Shown piece by piece: positions 9,013 through 17,697 of a stretch of 34,204 bases of DNA. The stretch is from Cytophagaceae bacterium (lineage in GTDB: Bacteria; Bacteroidota; Bacteroidia; Cytophagales; Cytophagaceae). Location of the stretch: the NCBI GenBank assembly GCA_035568055.1, contig DATMOV010000183.1, positions 1 to 34,204 on the forward strand. The letters are read 5' to 3'. The position numbers and the translations under genes were made by a program. Within the stretch, counting starts at the first letter, position 1; each line of letters starts with the position of its first letter. The notes below the pieces were generated by a model. It was not told where the DNA came from and did not search any database. It saw only the letters and a program-made list of their open reading frames with translations.

Positions 9013-10050
9013 ATGAATAAAACAGGTGTTATTACTAAACTATGCTACTTTGCGGCATTCGGAGCACTATTTTCGTTGCAAAGTTGTGGTGGAAAAAAGG
9101 GTTCCAGTGATGGTGGCGGAGACCTGATTGGTGTTCAGGGTCGTGAAGGCTGGACCATGACAGTTCCTTATGGCATGACTACATGTCCATCAGGCACATT
9201 CCACATGGGTCAAGCGGATCAGGATGTTCCTGCAAGTCAGATTAACCTTAATAAGCAGGTAACTATTGGTGGTTTCTACATGGATGAAACGGAAATTACC
9301 AATAATGAATACAGACAATTTGTAGATGTCATGCTAAAAGATTCAGTTGAGGCATTGACCATTGAATATATTATGACGGAGCTTTATCCGGATACAACTG
9401 TATGGGTTCGGGATTTTGCCCACCATATGGGAGATCCTATGATGGAGTATTATTATTCTCATCCTGCCTTTGATGAATACCCTGTAGTGGGTGTTGACTG
9501 GTTCGCTGCTAAATATTTTTCCGAATGGAGAACCAAGCACATGAATAACTGGAGAGCCGAACAAGGTCTTTGGAAAATGCCTAACTTTCGTCTTCCATCC
9601 GAAGCCGAATGGGAATATGCTGCAAGAGGAGGAAGAGACATGGCGAAATATCCTTGGGGTAATCCATATATAAGAAACGCTAAAGGATGTATGCTTGCTA
9701 ACTTTAAACCGGGCAGAGGAAATTATTATGATGACGGTTTCATGTATAGTTCACCTGTGGCATCTTATTTTTCTAATGACTTCGGTTTATATGATATGGC
9801 TGGAAATGTTTCTGAGTGGTGTGAAGACGCTTATTATGATGCAGCAGTTCCTGTTGTATGGGATCTTAACCCAACCTATAACAATGCTGATGAGCCTAGA
9901 AAAATCATTCGTAGCGGCTCATGGAAAGATATAGCGTATTACCTTGAAACTGGTACAAGAACCTTCGAATATCAGGATACCACAAAATCTTACATTGGAT
10001 TCAGATGCGTAATGACTTATCTTGGAAGATCATCAGGATCTGAATTCTAA
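9013..10050 (+). CDS. gldK: Gliding motility / T9SS lipoprotein GldK (PorK), FGE-sulfatase (SUMF1) fold
   Basis: 345 aa with a lipobox (LFSLQSCGG). SUMF1-family motifs are present: GFYMDETEITNNEYRQFV, RLPSEAEWEYAARGG, GNVSEWCEDAY and IRSGSW. It is first in the gldKLMN order. Confidence 0.9.
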   Translation: MNKTGVITKLCYFAAFGALFSLQSCGGKKGSSDGGGDLIGVQGREGWTMTVPYGMTTCPSGTFHMGQADQDVPASQINLNKQVTIGGFYMDETEITNNEYRQFVDVMLKDSVEALTIEYIMTELYPDTTVWVRDFAHHMGDPMMEYYYSHPAFDEYPVVGVDWFAAKYFSEWRTKHMNNWRAEQGLWKMPNFRLPSEAEWEYAARGGRDMAKYPWGNPYIRNAKGCMLANFKPGRGNYYDDGFMYSSPVASYFSNDFGLYDMAGNVSEWCEDAYYDAAVPVVWDLNPTYNNADEPRKIIRSGSWKDIAYYLETGTRTFEYQDTTKSYIGFRCVMTYLGRSSGSEF

Positions 10051-10118
10051 CATTCGAGTATCTAAGCTAAATTAAATAAAAACAATTGTTCAACCTTTAA
10101 AATTAGAAATTAAACAAA

Positions 10119-10916
10119 ATGAGTACACAAAAAAGCGGGTTCATGTATCAATTGGAGCATACTTTCATGCCCAAAATTTACGGTCTTGGTGCGGCCGTTG
10201 TAATCGTAGGTGCGTTATTTAAAATTATGCACTGGCCATTCGCTGGCCCTATGCTTGTTGTTGGTTTAGGTACAGAAGCTCTGATCTTCGCATTCTCAGC
10301 ATTTATGCCGGTTCACAAAGATCCTGAATGGTCAAAAGTGTATCCTCAGTTAGCGGAAGATTATCTTGAAGAAGGCTCTGAAGAGGCAACTGAAGCTTCA
10401 GTAACCAAGAAGTTGGATGTCATGCTGGAAGAATCAGGTATTAGCCAGGATGTACTTAACAGACTTGGAACAGGCTTCAATAACTTAACCGAAAGTGTAC
10501 ATAACATGTCAGACCTTTCGAATGCAGCAGTTGCTTCAAATGAATATGCTGAAAATGTTAAAACTGCTTCTAAATCAATCGTGGAAATGAATAAATCATA
10601 TTCCAAGACTGTTGACGCGATGACCGAAATGGCTAACGCGACGCAAGATGCGAAAGAATACCATTCTCAAGTACAAAGCATTACTAAGAACCTGGGTGCT
10701 CTTAATGCGGTTTATGAAATGGAATTACAAGATGCTAACAATCACTTGAGGGCAATGAATAAATTCTATGGCAACCTTTCTTCCGCTATGGAAAATATGT
10801 CAGAAGCAAGTAAAGATACTCAGCAATTCAGAGATGAATTGTCTAAGCTTTCCAAGAACCTGACTTCATTAAATAATGTATACGGCAACATGCTGGCTGC
10901 AATGAAAATGAATTAA
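10119..10916 (+). CDS. gldL: Gliding motility / T9SS inner-membrane motor protein GldL (PorL)
   Basis: 265 aa. It has the characteristic two N-terminal TM helices (YGLGAAVVIVGALFKIMHWP...VGLGTEALIFAFSAF) followed by a coiled cytoplasmic domain. Confidence 0.9.
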   Translation: MSTQKSGFMYQLEHTFMPKIYGLGAAVVIVGALFKIMHWPFAGPMLVVGLGTEALIFAFSAFMPVHKDPEWSKVYPQLAEDYLEEGSEEATEASVTKKLDVMLEESGISQDVLNRLGTGFNNLTESVHNMSDLSNAAVASNEYAENVKTASKSIVEMNKSYSKTVDAMTEMANATQDAKEYHSQVQSITKNLGALNAVYEMELQDANNHLRAMNKFYGNLSSAMENMSEASKDTQQFRDELSKLSKNLTSLNNVYGNMLAAMKMN

Positions 10917-10952
10917 AATTGTCTTTAACAAAATTTAATATAAAATAAGAAT

Positions 10953-12545
10953 ATGGCAGGAGGTAAAGAATCCCCAAGACAGAAGATGATAGGTATGATG
11001 TACCTAGTTCTTACTGCTTTGCTGGCATTACAGGTAAGCTCTGCTATCATGGAGAAGTTTAAATTCCTTGATGATAGCTTGCAATTCGCAAATGCGAATG
11101 CTGATGATAGTAATACCAAGATCGAAAGAAATATTGAAAAGGTTGTTACTGAAGGTGGCAATAAGCCTAAAGATGTTGCAGTTTTGACTAAAGCCAAGGC
11201 TGTACGTAAAGAAGCTGAGGAAATCAAGAAGTATATTGATGATTTAAGAGCGAAAATCATTAAAGAAACTGGCGGTTACATTGATAACGATCCTAAAGCT
11301 ATGTATACAGGAGCTAAAGAGGAAACGGCAGTTGAAGTAATGATGGTAGGTGCTAGTAAAAATGGACTAGGTTATCAGCTGAAAAAGGAAATGAACCAAT
11401 TCAGTGATGATCTTTCTAAAGTTACAGGTATTAATTACCCTCACATTGCTTTGGATGCAAAAGATGATAAAAGGATTAGTAGTGAAGACCAGAAGAGAAA
11501 AGATTTTTCTGAATTAAACTTCGCCCAAACTCCAATGGTGGCCTCAATGGCTGTTTTATCAAACATGGAAGCTGAGGTACTAAAACAGGAAACCGATGCC
11601 CTCGGTAGGCTGGCAGGTGAAATTGGTGCGGATGAAATAAAATTCGATAACATCTATGCTATGTACAAAGCTGATTCAAAAGTAGTTGCTGCTGGCACTA
11701 AATATCACGCTGAGCTATTTCTTACAGCTTCTTCTTCTACCTTAAAGCCAACCGTTAAGGTTAACGGAAGTACTATTAAAGTGGAAGGCAATGCTGGTAT
11801 TTATGAAATCACTGCTTCACCTGGTGGTTATGATAAGGATGGGAATTCCAAGAGAACGTTCAAAGGAGAAGTTACTATTGTAAATAAGGGAAAAGATACC
11901 ACTTTCACTATTGCTGGAGAATATATAGTTGCCAGACCCGTAATTTCAGTTCAGTCAGCTTCAGTATCTGCTCTTTATAGAAATTGTGGTAATGACTTGA
12001 ATATTCAGGTACCTGCCTTAGGATCTACTTACAATCCAAGTTTTTCTGCCTCAGGTGCACAAGTAATAACCGGCGCTCAGAAAGGATTGGTTACCCTTGT
12101 TCCAGGAGCAAGCTCACAGAAAGTGACTGTAAATGTGGCAAGTGGTGGAAATGCAATCGGTTCTCAGGACTTTGCAGTAAGAGGTATTCCTAAACCAACA
12201 ATTGAAGCGCTTGCGGGAGGTGTACCTGTCAATGAAAAAACAGGTATGGCTTGTCCAAGCTCTATCCAAATGAAAGTGATTCCTGATGAGAGTTTCAAAA
12301 CATTCCTACCAAAGGATGCGAGATATCGTGTAACACAATGGGATTGTATCCTCGTTAGAGGCAAAAGACCTGTAGCCACTAAAAATCTTACAAACGACAT
12401 GGCTAACTTAAGTGATTTTAAAGGAGTTGCTCTTCCTGGAGATAGAATTCTGATCGAAGTTAAGAAGATCGTCAGAAAGAATTTTCAGAATGTTGATGAA
12501 GAAGTAAACATGGGTAGTATCATTAAGAATGTACCTTTGATTTAA
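10953..12545 (+). CDS. gldM: Gliding motility / T9SS protein GldM (PorM)
   Basis: 530 aa. The N-terminal signature SPRQKMIGMMYLVLTALLALQVS forms a single TM helix. A long periplasmic helical region and Ig-like domains follow. Confidence 0.9.
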   Translation: MAGGKESPRQKMIGMMYLVLTALLALQVSSAIMEKFKFLDDSLQFANANADDSNTKIERNIEKVVTEGGNKPKDVAVLTKAKAVRKEAEEIKKYIDDLRAKIIKETGGYIDNDPKAMYTGAKEETAVEVMMVGASKNGLGYQLKKEMNQFSDDLSKVTGINYPHIALDAKDDKRISSEDQKRKDFSELNFAQTPMVASMAVLSNMEAEVLKQETDALGRLAGEIGADEIKFDNIYAMYKADSKVVAAGTKYHAELFLTASSSTLKPTVKVNGSTIKVEGNAGIYEITASPGGYDKDGNSKRTFKGEVTIVNKGKDTTFTIAGEYIVARPVISVQSASVSALYRNCGNDLNIQVPALGSTYNPSFSASGAQVITGAQKGLVTLVPGASSQKVTVNVASGGNAIGSQDFAVRGIPKPTIEALAGGVPVNEKTGMACPSSIQMKVIPDESFKTFLPKDARYRVTQWDCILVRGKRPVATKNLTNDMANLSDFKGVALPGDRILIEVKKIVRKNFQNVDEEVNMGSIIKNVPLI

Positions 12546-12570
12546 ACAGATCATTAAACAGGAATTATTT

Positions 12571-13539
12571 ATGAAAAAACTAAGTGTTATTTTCTTGGGT
12601 CTGACTGTCTGGTCAAATCTAGGTATCGCTCAGCCCGGTACAAATGAGGCTGAATCAACGGGAACCACAACTCAAACAGGGGCTGCTGGAGCCGGTACAA
12701 AGGTTAGCATATTGAACGGACAAGAAGATAATGGCGGAGGATTTAATAAATACTCAATCCGTCCTATCCATGAATCTGACATCATGTATCAGAAAACCCT
12801 CATCCGCGCCATAGATCTGAGAGAAAAGCAAAACAAACCTATGTTCTCTCAGAACAAGTGGATAACGAAACTGATTATAGAGGCTGTTAAACGTGGTGAC
12901 ATTACACCATACACTACAGACTCTTTGGAAGAAGGTGGTAAATTGACTATCGAGGAATTTTCACAAGCAATGTCGATCGGTGGTGCTGTCCCTTCTACAA
13001 TGGATATACAGGATGCCATTCAAAATAAAATCAATGATGGTTCCCTGGATGTAACTACAGATACTACAGGTACTTTTGCTAAAACTTTGAATGAATTAGT
13101 GCAGGCGTCCGGGGCAGGTGAATTTACTCCCAGAGACCTTTATCAGATGGAAATCAAGGAAAATATTATCTTTGACAAACAGAGGTCAAGAATGTATTAT
13201 GACATTCACGCTATCACCATCAAGATACCTGCTGACCATCCGGATAACAAGAAAGGTATTGAAATGGCTGTTGCTTCATTTTCATACATAGATTTAGTGA
13301 ATAAGGTTTTTAAAGATAACCCTAACGCGATCTGGTATAATCCTCAAAACGATGCGCAGCATAAAAGCCTTGCTGATGCTTTCGAACTAAGATTGTTCAG
13401 CTCATACATTATCAAGGTTTCTAACCCAACAGATGCAATGCTTCAGGATATCTATGGAGATCCTCAAAGAGGAATCATGGCTTCTCAATGGGCAGCGTTC
13501 GAACTACTTGAATTCGAACATAACCTTTGGGAGTTTTAA
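12571..13539 (+). CDS. gldN: Gliding motility / T9SS periplasmic ring protein GldN (PorN)
   Basis: 322 aa with a signal peptide. It has the GldN-type core (YSIRPIHESDIMYQKTLIRAIDLREKQNKP...). It is last in the gldKLMN order. Confidence 0.85.
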   Translation: MKKLSVIFLGLTVWSNLGIAQPGTNEAESTGTTTQTGAAGAGTKVSILNGQEDNGGGFNKYSIRPIHESDIMYQKTLIRAIDLREKQNKPMFSQNKWITKLIIEAVKRGDITPYTTDSLEEGGKLTIEEFSQAMSIGGAVPSTMDIQDAIQNKINDGSLDVTTDTTGTFAKTLNELVQASGAGEFTPRDLYQMEIKENIIFDKQRSRMYYDIHAITIKIPADHPDNKKGIEMAVASFSYIDLVNKVFKDNPNAIWYNPQNDAQHKSLADAFELRLFSSYIIKVSNPTDAMLQDIYGDPQRGIMASQWAAFELLEFEHNLWEF

Positions 13540-13572
13540 TCTAATAGACACTTGGTTTTTCAGAAGAAACAT

Positions 13573-13602
13573 AAAAAAAGGGAGATTTAATCTCCCTTTT
13601 TT
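13573..13602. terminator. Bidirectional intrinsic terminator between convergent gldN and uvrC
   Basis: An A-run (13573-13579) precedes the stem gggagat (13580-13586), loop tta, stem atctccc (13590-13596) and a T-run (13597-13602). The loop triplet is the reverse complement of the uvrC stop codon. Confidence 0.7.
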
Positions 13603-15389
13603 ATTTCCAGGTATTTTTTTACTGTTTCCGCCTTTTTCATTCCAATAATAGTTGCAATTGCTTCCAGTGCCGCATTCCTGATATTGCCAACCGTCTTAAA
13701 TTCTGTCAATAATTTATTGAAAGTTTTTTCTCCTATTCCTTCTATTTTATTTAACTCGGATTCAAGCGGGCTTTGACTTCTCTTGTTACGATGAAAAGTA
13801 ATTGCGAACCGATGCGCTTCATTCCGTATGAATTGTATAAGTCTTAGCGATTCAGATTTCTTATCAATAAAGATAGGGTCTGAATCCCCTGGAAAGAAAA
13901 TCTCCTCCAGCCTTTTAGCTATGCCAATGATGGGTGACTTTCCATATATTTCCAGATCTTTTAGCGCATTGCATGCGGCGCTTAATTGTCCTTTACCGCC
14001 ATCAATAATAATCAACTTAGGTAATGGCAAATTCTCTTCAAGACACCTTTTATATCGCCGATGTACAATCTCATACATTGAATCAAAGTCATTAGCGCCA
14101 ATCACTGTCTTAATGTTAAAGTGCCGATAATCTTTTTTTGCCGGCTTCCCATTTTTAAAACATACCATGGCAGCGACAGGACTTGTTCCTTGCAAATTTG
14201 AGTTGTCAAAACATTCGATATGATCGGGTAAAGATGGAAGCCTCAAGTCTTTTTGCAGTGTCGCCAATATTCTGTCATCAGGTTTTTCCTGATTCGTCCT
14301 TAGCTTGCTCAGGTAATAAGAAATATTCTTCAGTGAAAGATCCACCAGTTTTCTCTTATCTCCTATCATGGGCACATATATATTGATGCCTTCAAAGGGG
14401 AAACTGAAAGATATATTGGAAATAATCTCAGTCGAAATATCTTTTAACTCTTCTTTAATATTTAATAATGCTAAACCCAGTATTTCTTCATCTGCTTCTT
14501 CAAGCTTCTTTTTGACTTCAATGGTTTTAGTCCGGATAATCGTGCCATTATGCACTTTCAGATAGTTGACCACAGCAGTTTTTTCTTCACTTAAAATTGT
14601 AAGTACATCAATATCCGTAATCTTCGGATTGACAATCATGGATGAGCTTTGAAATCTCTCTAGTAAATCAAGCTTGGTTTTGAGCTGATGTGCTTTCTCA
14701 TAATCCATGTCTTCAGATGCTTTCATCATCTGGTTCTTCAGCATTTGCTTTGATAAATGAATATTCCCTTTCAGAATGTGATGAGCCTGCTCAATTTTTT
14801 TGTTGTAGTCTTCTTCACCCTCAAGCCCTTCGCATGGCCCCTTGCAATTGCCTATATGAAATTCCAGACATATCTTAAACTTCTTTTGCTCAATGTTTTT
14901 TTCACTCAGGTTAAAGGTACAGGTACGTAATGAGTAAAGCTTTCTGATGAGTTCTATTACATAATTCATAACCTTTACGCTGGTATAAGGCCCGTAATAT
15001 GTTCCCTTTTCCTTTTCCAGACTTCTGGTGCTTATTACTCGTGGAAATCTTTCATTGCTGACCACGATGTAAGGATAAGTTTTGTCGTCTTTGAGAAGGA
15101 TGTTGTATTTGGGCTGATGGGATTTTATCAGGCTGTTTTCCAGGAGCAGCGCGTCAATTTCAGTATTGACAATTGTATACTGAATATTGCTGATCTGGCT
15201 AACCAGCCTTCTGGTTTTAGAATCCAGGTGGGATATTTTGTGAAAATAATTGCTTACCCTTTTTCGGATGTCTTTTGCCTTGCCAACATAAATCAAGTTG
15301 TTCTCCTTATCAAAAAATTTGTAAATGCCGGGCTTGTCTGGCAGATCCCGGAGCATTTCGATTTTCACTTTATTGATATTTTCCAGCAT
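13587..15389 (-). CDS. uvrC: Excinuclease ABC subunit C
   Basis: 600 aa. It has an N-terminal GIY-YIG domain (PGIYKFFDKENNLIYVGKAKDIRKRVSNYF), a UVR domain, an RNase-H-like endonuclease domain and a C-terminal (HhH)2. Confidence 0.95.
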   Translation of the reverse strand: MLENINKVKIEMLRDLPDKPGIYKFFDKENNLIYVGKAKDIRKRVSNYFHKISHLDSKTRRLVSQISNIQYTIVNTEIDALLLENSLIKSHQPKYNILLKDDKTYPYIVVSNERFPRVISTRSLEKEKGTYYGPYTSVKVMNYVIELIRKLYSLRTCTFNLSEKNIEQKKFKICLEFHIGNCKGPCEGLEGEEDYNKKIEQAHHILKGNIHLSKQMLKNQMMKASEDMDYEKAHQLKTKLDLLERFQSSSMIVNPKITDIDVLTILSEEKTAVVNYLKVHNGTIIRTKTIEVKKKLEEADEEILGLALLNIKEELKDISTEIISNISFSFPFEGINIYVPMIGDKRKLVDLSLKNISYYLSKLRTNQEKPDDRILATLQKDLRLPSLPDHIECFDNSNLQGTSPVAAMVCFKNGKPAKKDYRHFNIKTVIGANDFDSMYEIVHRRYKRCLEENLPLPKLIIIDGGKGQLSAACNALKDLEIYGKSPIIGIAKRLEEIFFPGDSDPIFIDKKSESLRLIQFIRNEAHRFAITFHRNKRSQSPLESELNKIEGIGEKTFNKLLTEFKTVGNIRNAALEAIATIIGMKKAETVKKYLEIKKGD

Positions 15390-17695
15390 TATTGTTCATA
15401 TTCCTTGGGTATGACTCGTTGCATATTTACTCCCATCGAGTCACCTTGCATATTTAGTTTCTTGTATTTTTTGCAGTCAAGTTCTACTGAAAGAGGTTTG
15501 GAAGGCTTGGCAAATGCTGCCTGCTTTATACCGAGGCTTTTATCCTTAAAAATTTTTTGCATAAATAAACCCCATATAGGCATTGCCATGCGTGCACCCT
15601 GTCCCAGATCCATGCTTCTGAAGTGAATGCATCTGTCATCACCGCCTACCCATGCCCCGGCCACAAGTTTAGGTACTACCCCGATAAACCAACCGTCAGA
15701 ATAGTTTTGTGTAGTTCCCGTTTTTCCCCCTATTTCCCCACCTTGCCAAAGAAGCCCAAATTGATTAAGGCCAAGGGCTGTACCGCCCTTTTCTTCGGTT
15801 GCGCCGCGTAGCATGTAAATCATCATATAAGCAGTTTCTTCATTGATGGCTTCCACTGTTTTAGGAATGAATTCCTGTAGCACATTTCCATTTTTATCTT
15901 CTATACGAGTAATGAAAAAAGGCTCGGTATATACTCCTTCATTCGCGAAAGTTCCGTAAGCGCCTACCATCTCATATAAAGAAACATCACATACGCCCAG
16001 GCAAAGCGCAGGAACAGCATCAAGAGGGCTTGTAATGCCAAGCCTTTTGGCATATTCTACAACAGTTTCAGGATGTACTTTTCTTATTAGATTGGCAGTG
16101 ATAGAATTAATGGAGTTGGCCATTGCTCTTCTAAGTGTAAACATATCCCCGCTGAATTTGCCATCACTATTTTGAGGGGTCCAAACACTATTATCCTTGT
16201 CACCGGTTGGAAAACCTACCGGAAGATCTGGCAGCTCATAGCATGGTGTATAACCAAGGTCGAGCGCAGTGGCATAGACGATAGGCTTAAAAGTAGACCC
16301 GGGCTGCCGTTTACCCTGTCTCACATGGTCATATTTAAAATATTTATGATTGATGCCTCCCACCCAGGCTTTTATATAGCCTGAATGAGGATCCATAGCA
16401 AGGAAGCCGGTATGTAAGAAATGTTTGTAATATTTAATAGAATCGTAGGGAGACATCAGTGTATCTATTTGCCGGCTTGGATTGTTCCATGAAAACACAG
16501 ACATTTTTACCTTCTTTTTCATCTCCTTAATAATAGCCAGTGTATCCTTGCCGTGAATTTGTTTGAGTGCCCTGTACCTGTCTGTCCTTTTAGCCGCATT
16601 TTCTATGAAGTTGGGAATCTCTTTGCCTTTCTCATCAAGCCACGGATTTTTCTTTCCCCATTGCTGGAAGAATTTCTTTTGGAGATCTTTCATGTGCTCG
16701 GATACAGCATCCTCCGCATACTTTTGCATGCGTGAATCAATAGTGCTATATATTCTAAGCCCATCAGAGTATAGATCCAAACCCCTTTCTTTACACCACC
16801 CCATTAAAAAATTAGTGCTCAGGCTCCTGAAATAAGTTGCCAGGCCCTGGTTGTGATTTTCCACATTATAACGGAGATAGATAGGTATTTTCTGTAAGGA
16901 GTCAAATTGCTCTGTAGTGAGGTATCCATATTTCTCCATCTGATCCAGTACAGTATTGCGACGACCTATTGCAGAGCTCGGGTTTTCGACAGGACTGAAC
17001 ATCGTTGGTGCTTTAAGCAGCCCTACCAGCATAGCTGCTTCATTCACATTGAGGCTATCAGGTGACCGGTCAAAGAATGTTCTTGCCGCAACCTCAACTC
17101 CAAAAGCATTACTGCCGAAATCAACGGTGTTGAGATACATAGTCATTATCTCTGTTTTTGTATATGATCTTTCTAACTGTATAGCAGTGATCCATTCTTT
17201 GGTTTTTACGATCAATGTTTTTAATCCAGGTACATTGTTTAATGTCCCCTGGTATTTTGCGCTACGGGTGCTGAAAAGATTTTTGGCAAGCTGTTGCGAC
17301 AAAGTGCTTCCTCCGCCTGCTGTACTTTGTCCTGCAAGAAATGTTTTAAAAAGCACCCTCATTAATCCGCGAAGGTCGATGCCGGAATGTTCCTCGAATC
17401 TGGAGTCTTCGGTAGCTATCAGCGCATTAACAAGATTGGGTGATATTTTTTCAAACTCAATAGGTGTACGGTTTTCACGAAAGTATTTTCCAAGAAGCAC
17501 ATTATCTTCAGTATATAACTCAGAAGCCTCTTCACTTTTAGGGTTCTCCAGATTCTCCAGGCTCGGCATTTCACCGAACATATTCTGAAAATTAATGCTT
17601 ACCAGAAAAATATATAATACAAATAAAGATGTCCCTCCCAAAAATGAGAGCCATAATATTTTTACTGTCGAATGTGAAATGTTCTTTGAAGACAT
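15389..17695 (-). CDS. mrcA: Class A penicillin-binding protein 1A (bifunctional glycosyltransferase/transpeptidase)
   Basis: About 768 aa with an N-terminal TM anchor. GT51 motifs are EDSRFEEHSGID and GGSTLSQQLAKN. Transpeptidase motifs are STFKP, SINS and KTGTT. The start is taken as the ATG at 17695; the track's upstream TTG at 17701 is an alternative. The stop overlaps the uvrC ATG as TAATG. Confidence 0.92.
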   Translation of the reverse strand: MSSKNISHSTVKILWLSFLGGTSLFVLYIFLVSINFQNMFGEMPSLENLENPKSEEASELYTEDNVLLGKYFRENRTPIEFEKISPNLVNALIATEDSRFEEHSGIDLRGLMRVLFKTFLAGQSTAGGGSTLSQQLAKNLFSTRSAKYQGTLNNVPGLKTLIVKTKEWITAIQLERSYTKTEIMTMYLNTVDFGSNAFGVEVAARTFFDRSPDSLNVNEAAMLVGLLKAPTMFSPVENPSSAIGRRNTVLDQMEKYGYLTTEQFDSLQKIPIYLRYNVENHNQGLATYFRSLSTNFLMGWCKERGLDLYSDGLRIYSTIDSRMQKYAEDAVSEHMKDLQKKFFQQWGKKNPWLDEKGKEIPNFIENAAKRTDRYRALKQIHGKDTLAIIKEMKKKVKMSVFSWNNPSRQIDTLMSPYDSIKYYKHFLHTGFLAMDPHSGYIKAWVGGINHKYFKYDHVRQGKRQPGSTFKPIVYATALDLGYTPCYELPDLPVGFPTGDKDNSVWTPQNSDGKFSGDMFTLRRAMANSINSITANLIRKVHPETVVEYAKRLGITSPLDAVPALCLGVCDVSLYEMVGAYGTFANEGVYTEPFFITRIEDKNGNVLQEFIPKTVEAINEETAYMMIYMLRGATEEKGGTALGLNQFGLLWQGGEIGGKTGTTQNYSDGWFIGVVPKLVAGAWVGGDDRCIHFRSMDLGQGARMAMPIWGLFMQKIFKDKSLGIKQAAFAKPSKPLSVELDCKKYKKLNMQGDSMGVNMQRVIPKEYEQ

Positions 17696-17697
17696 AG

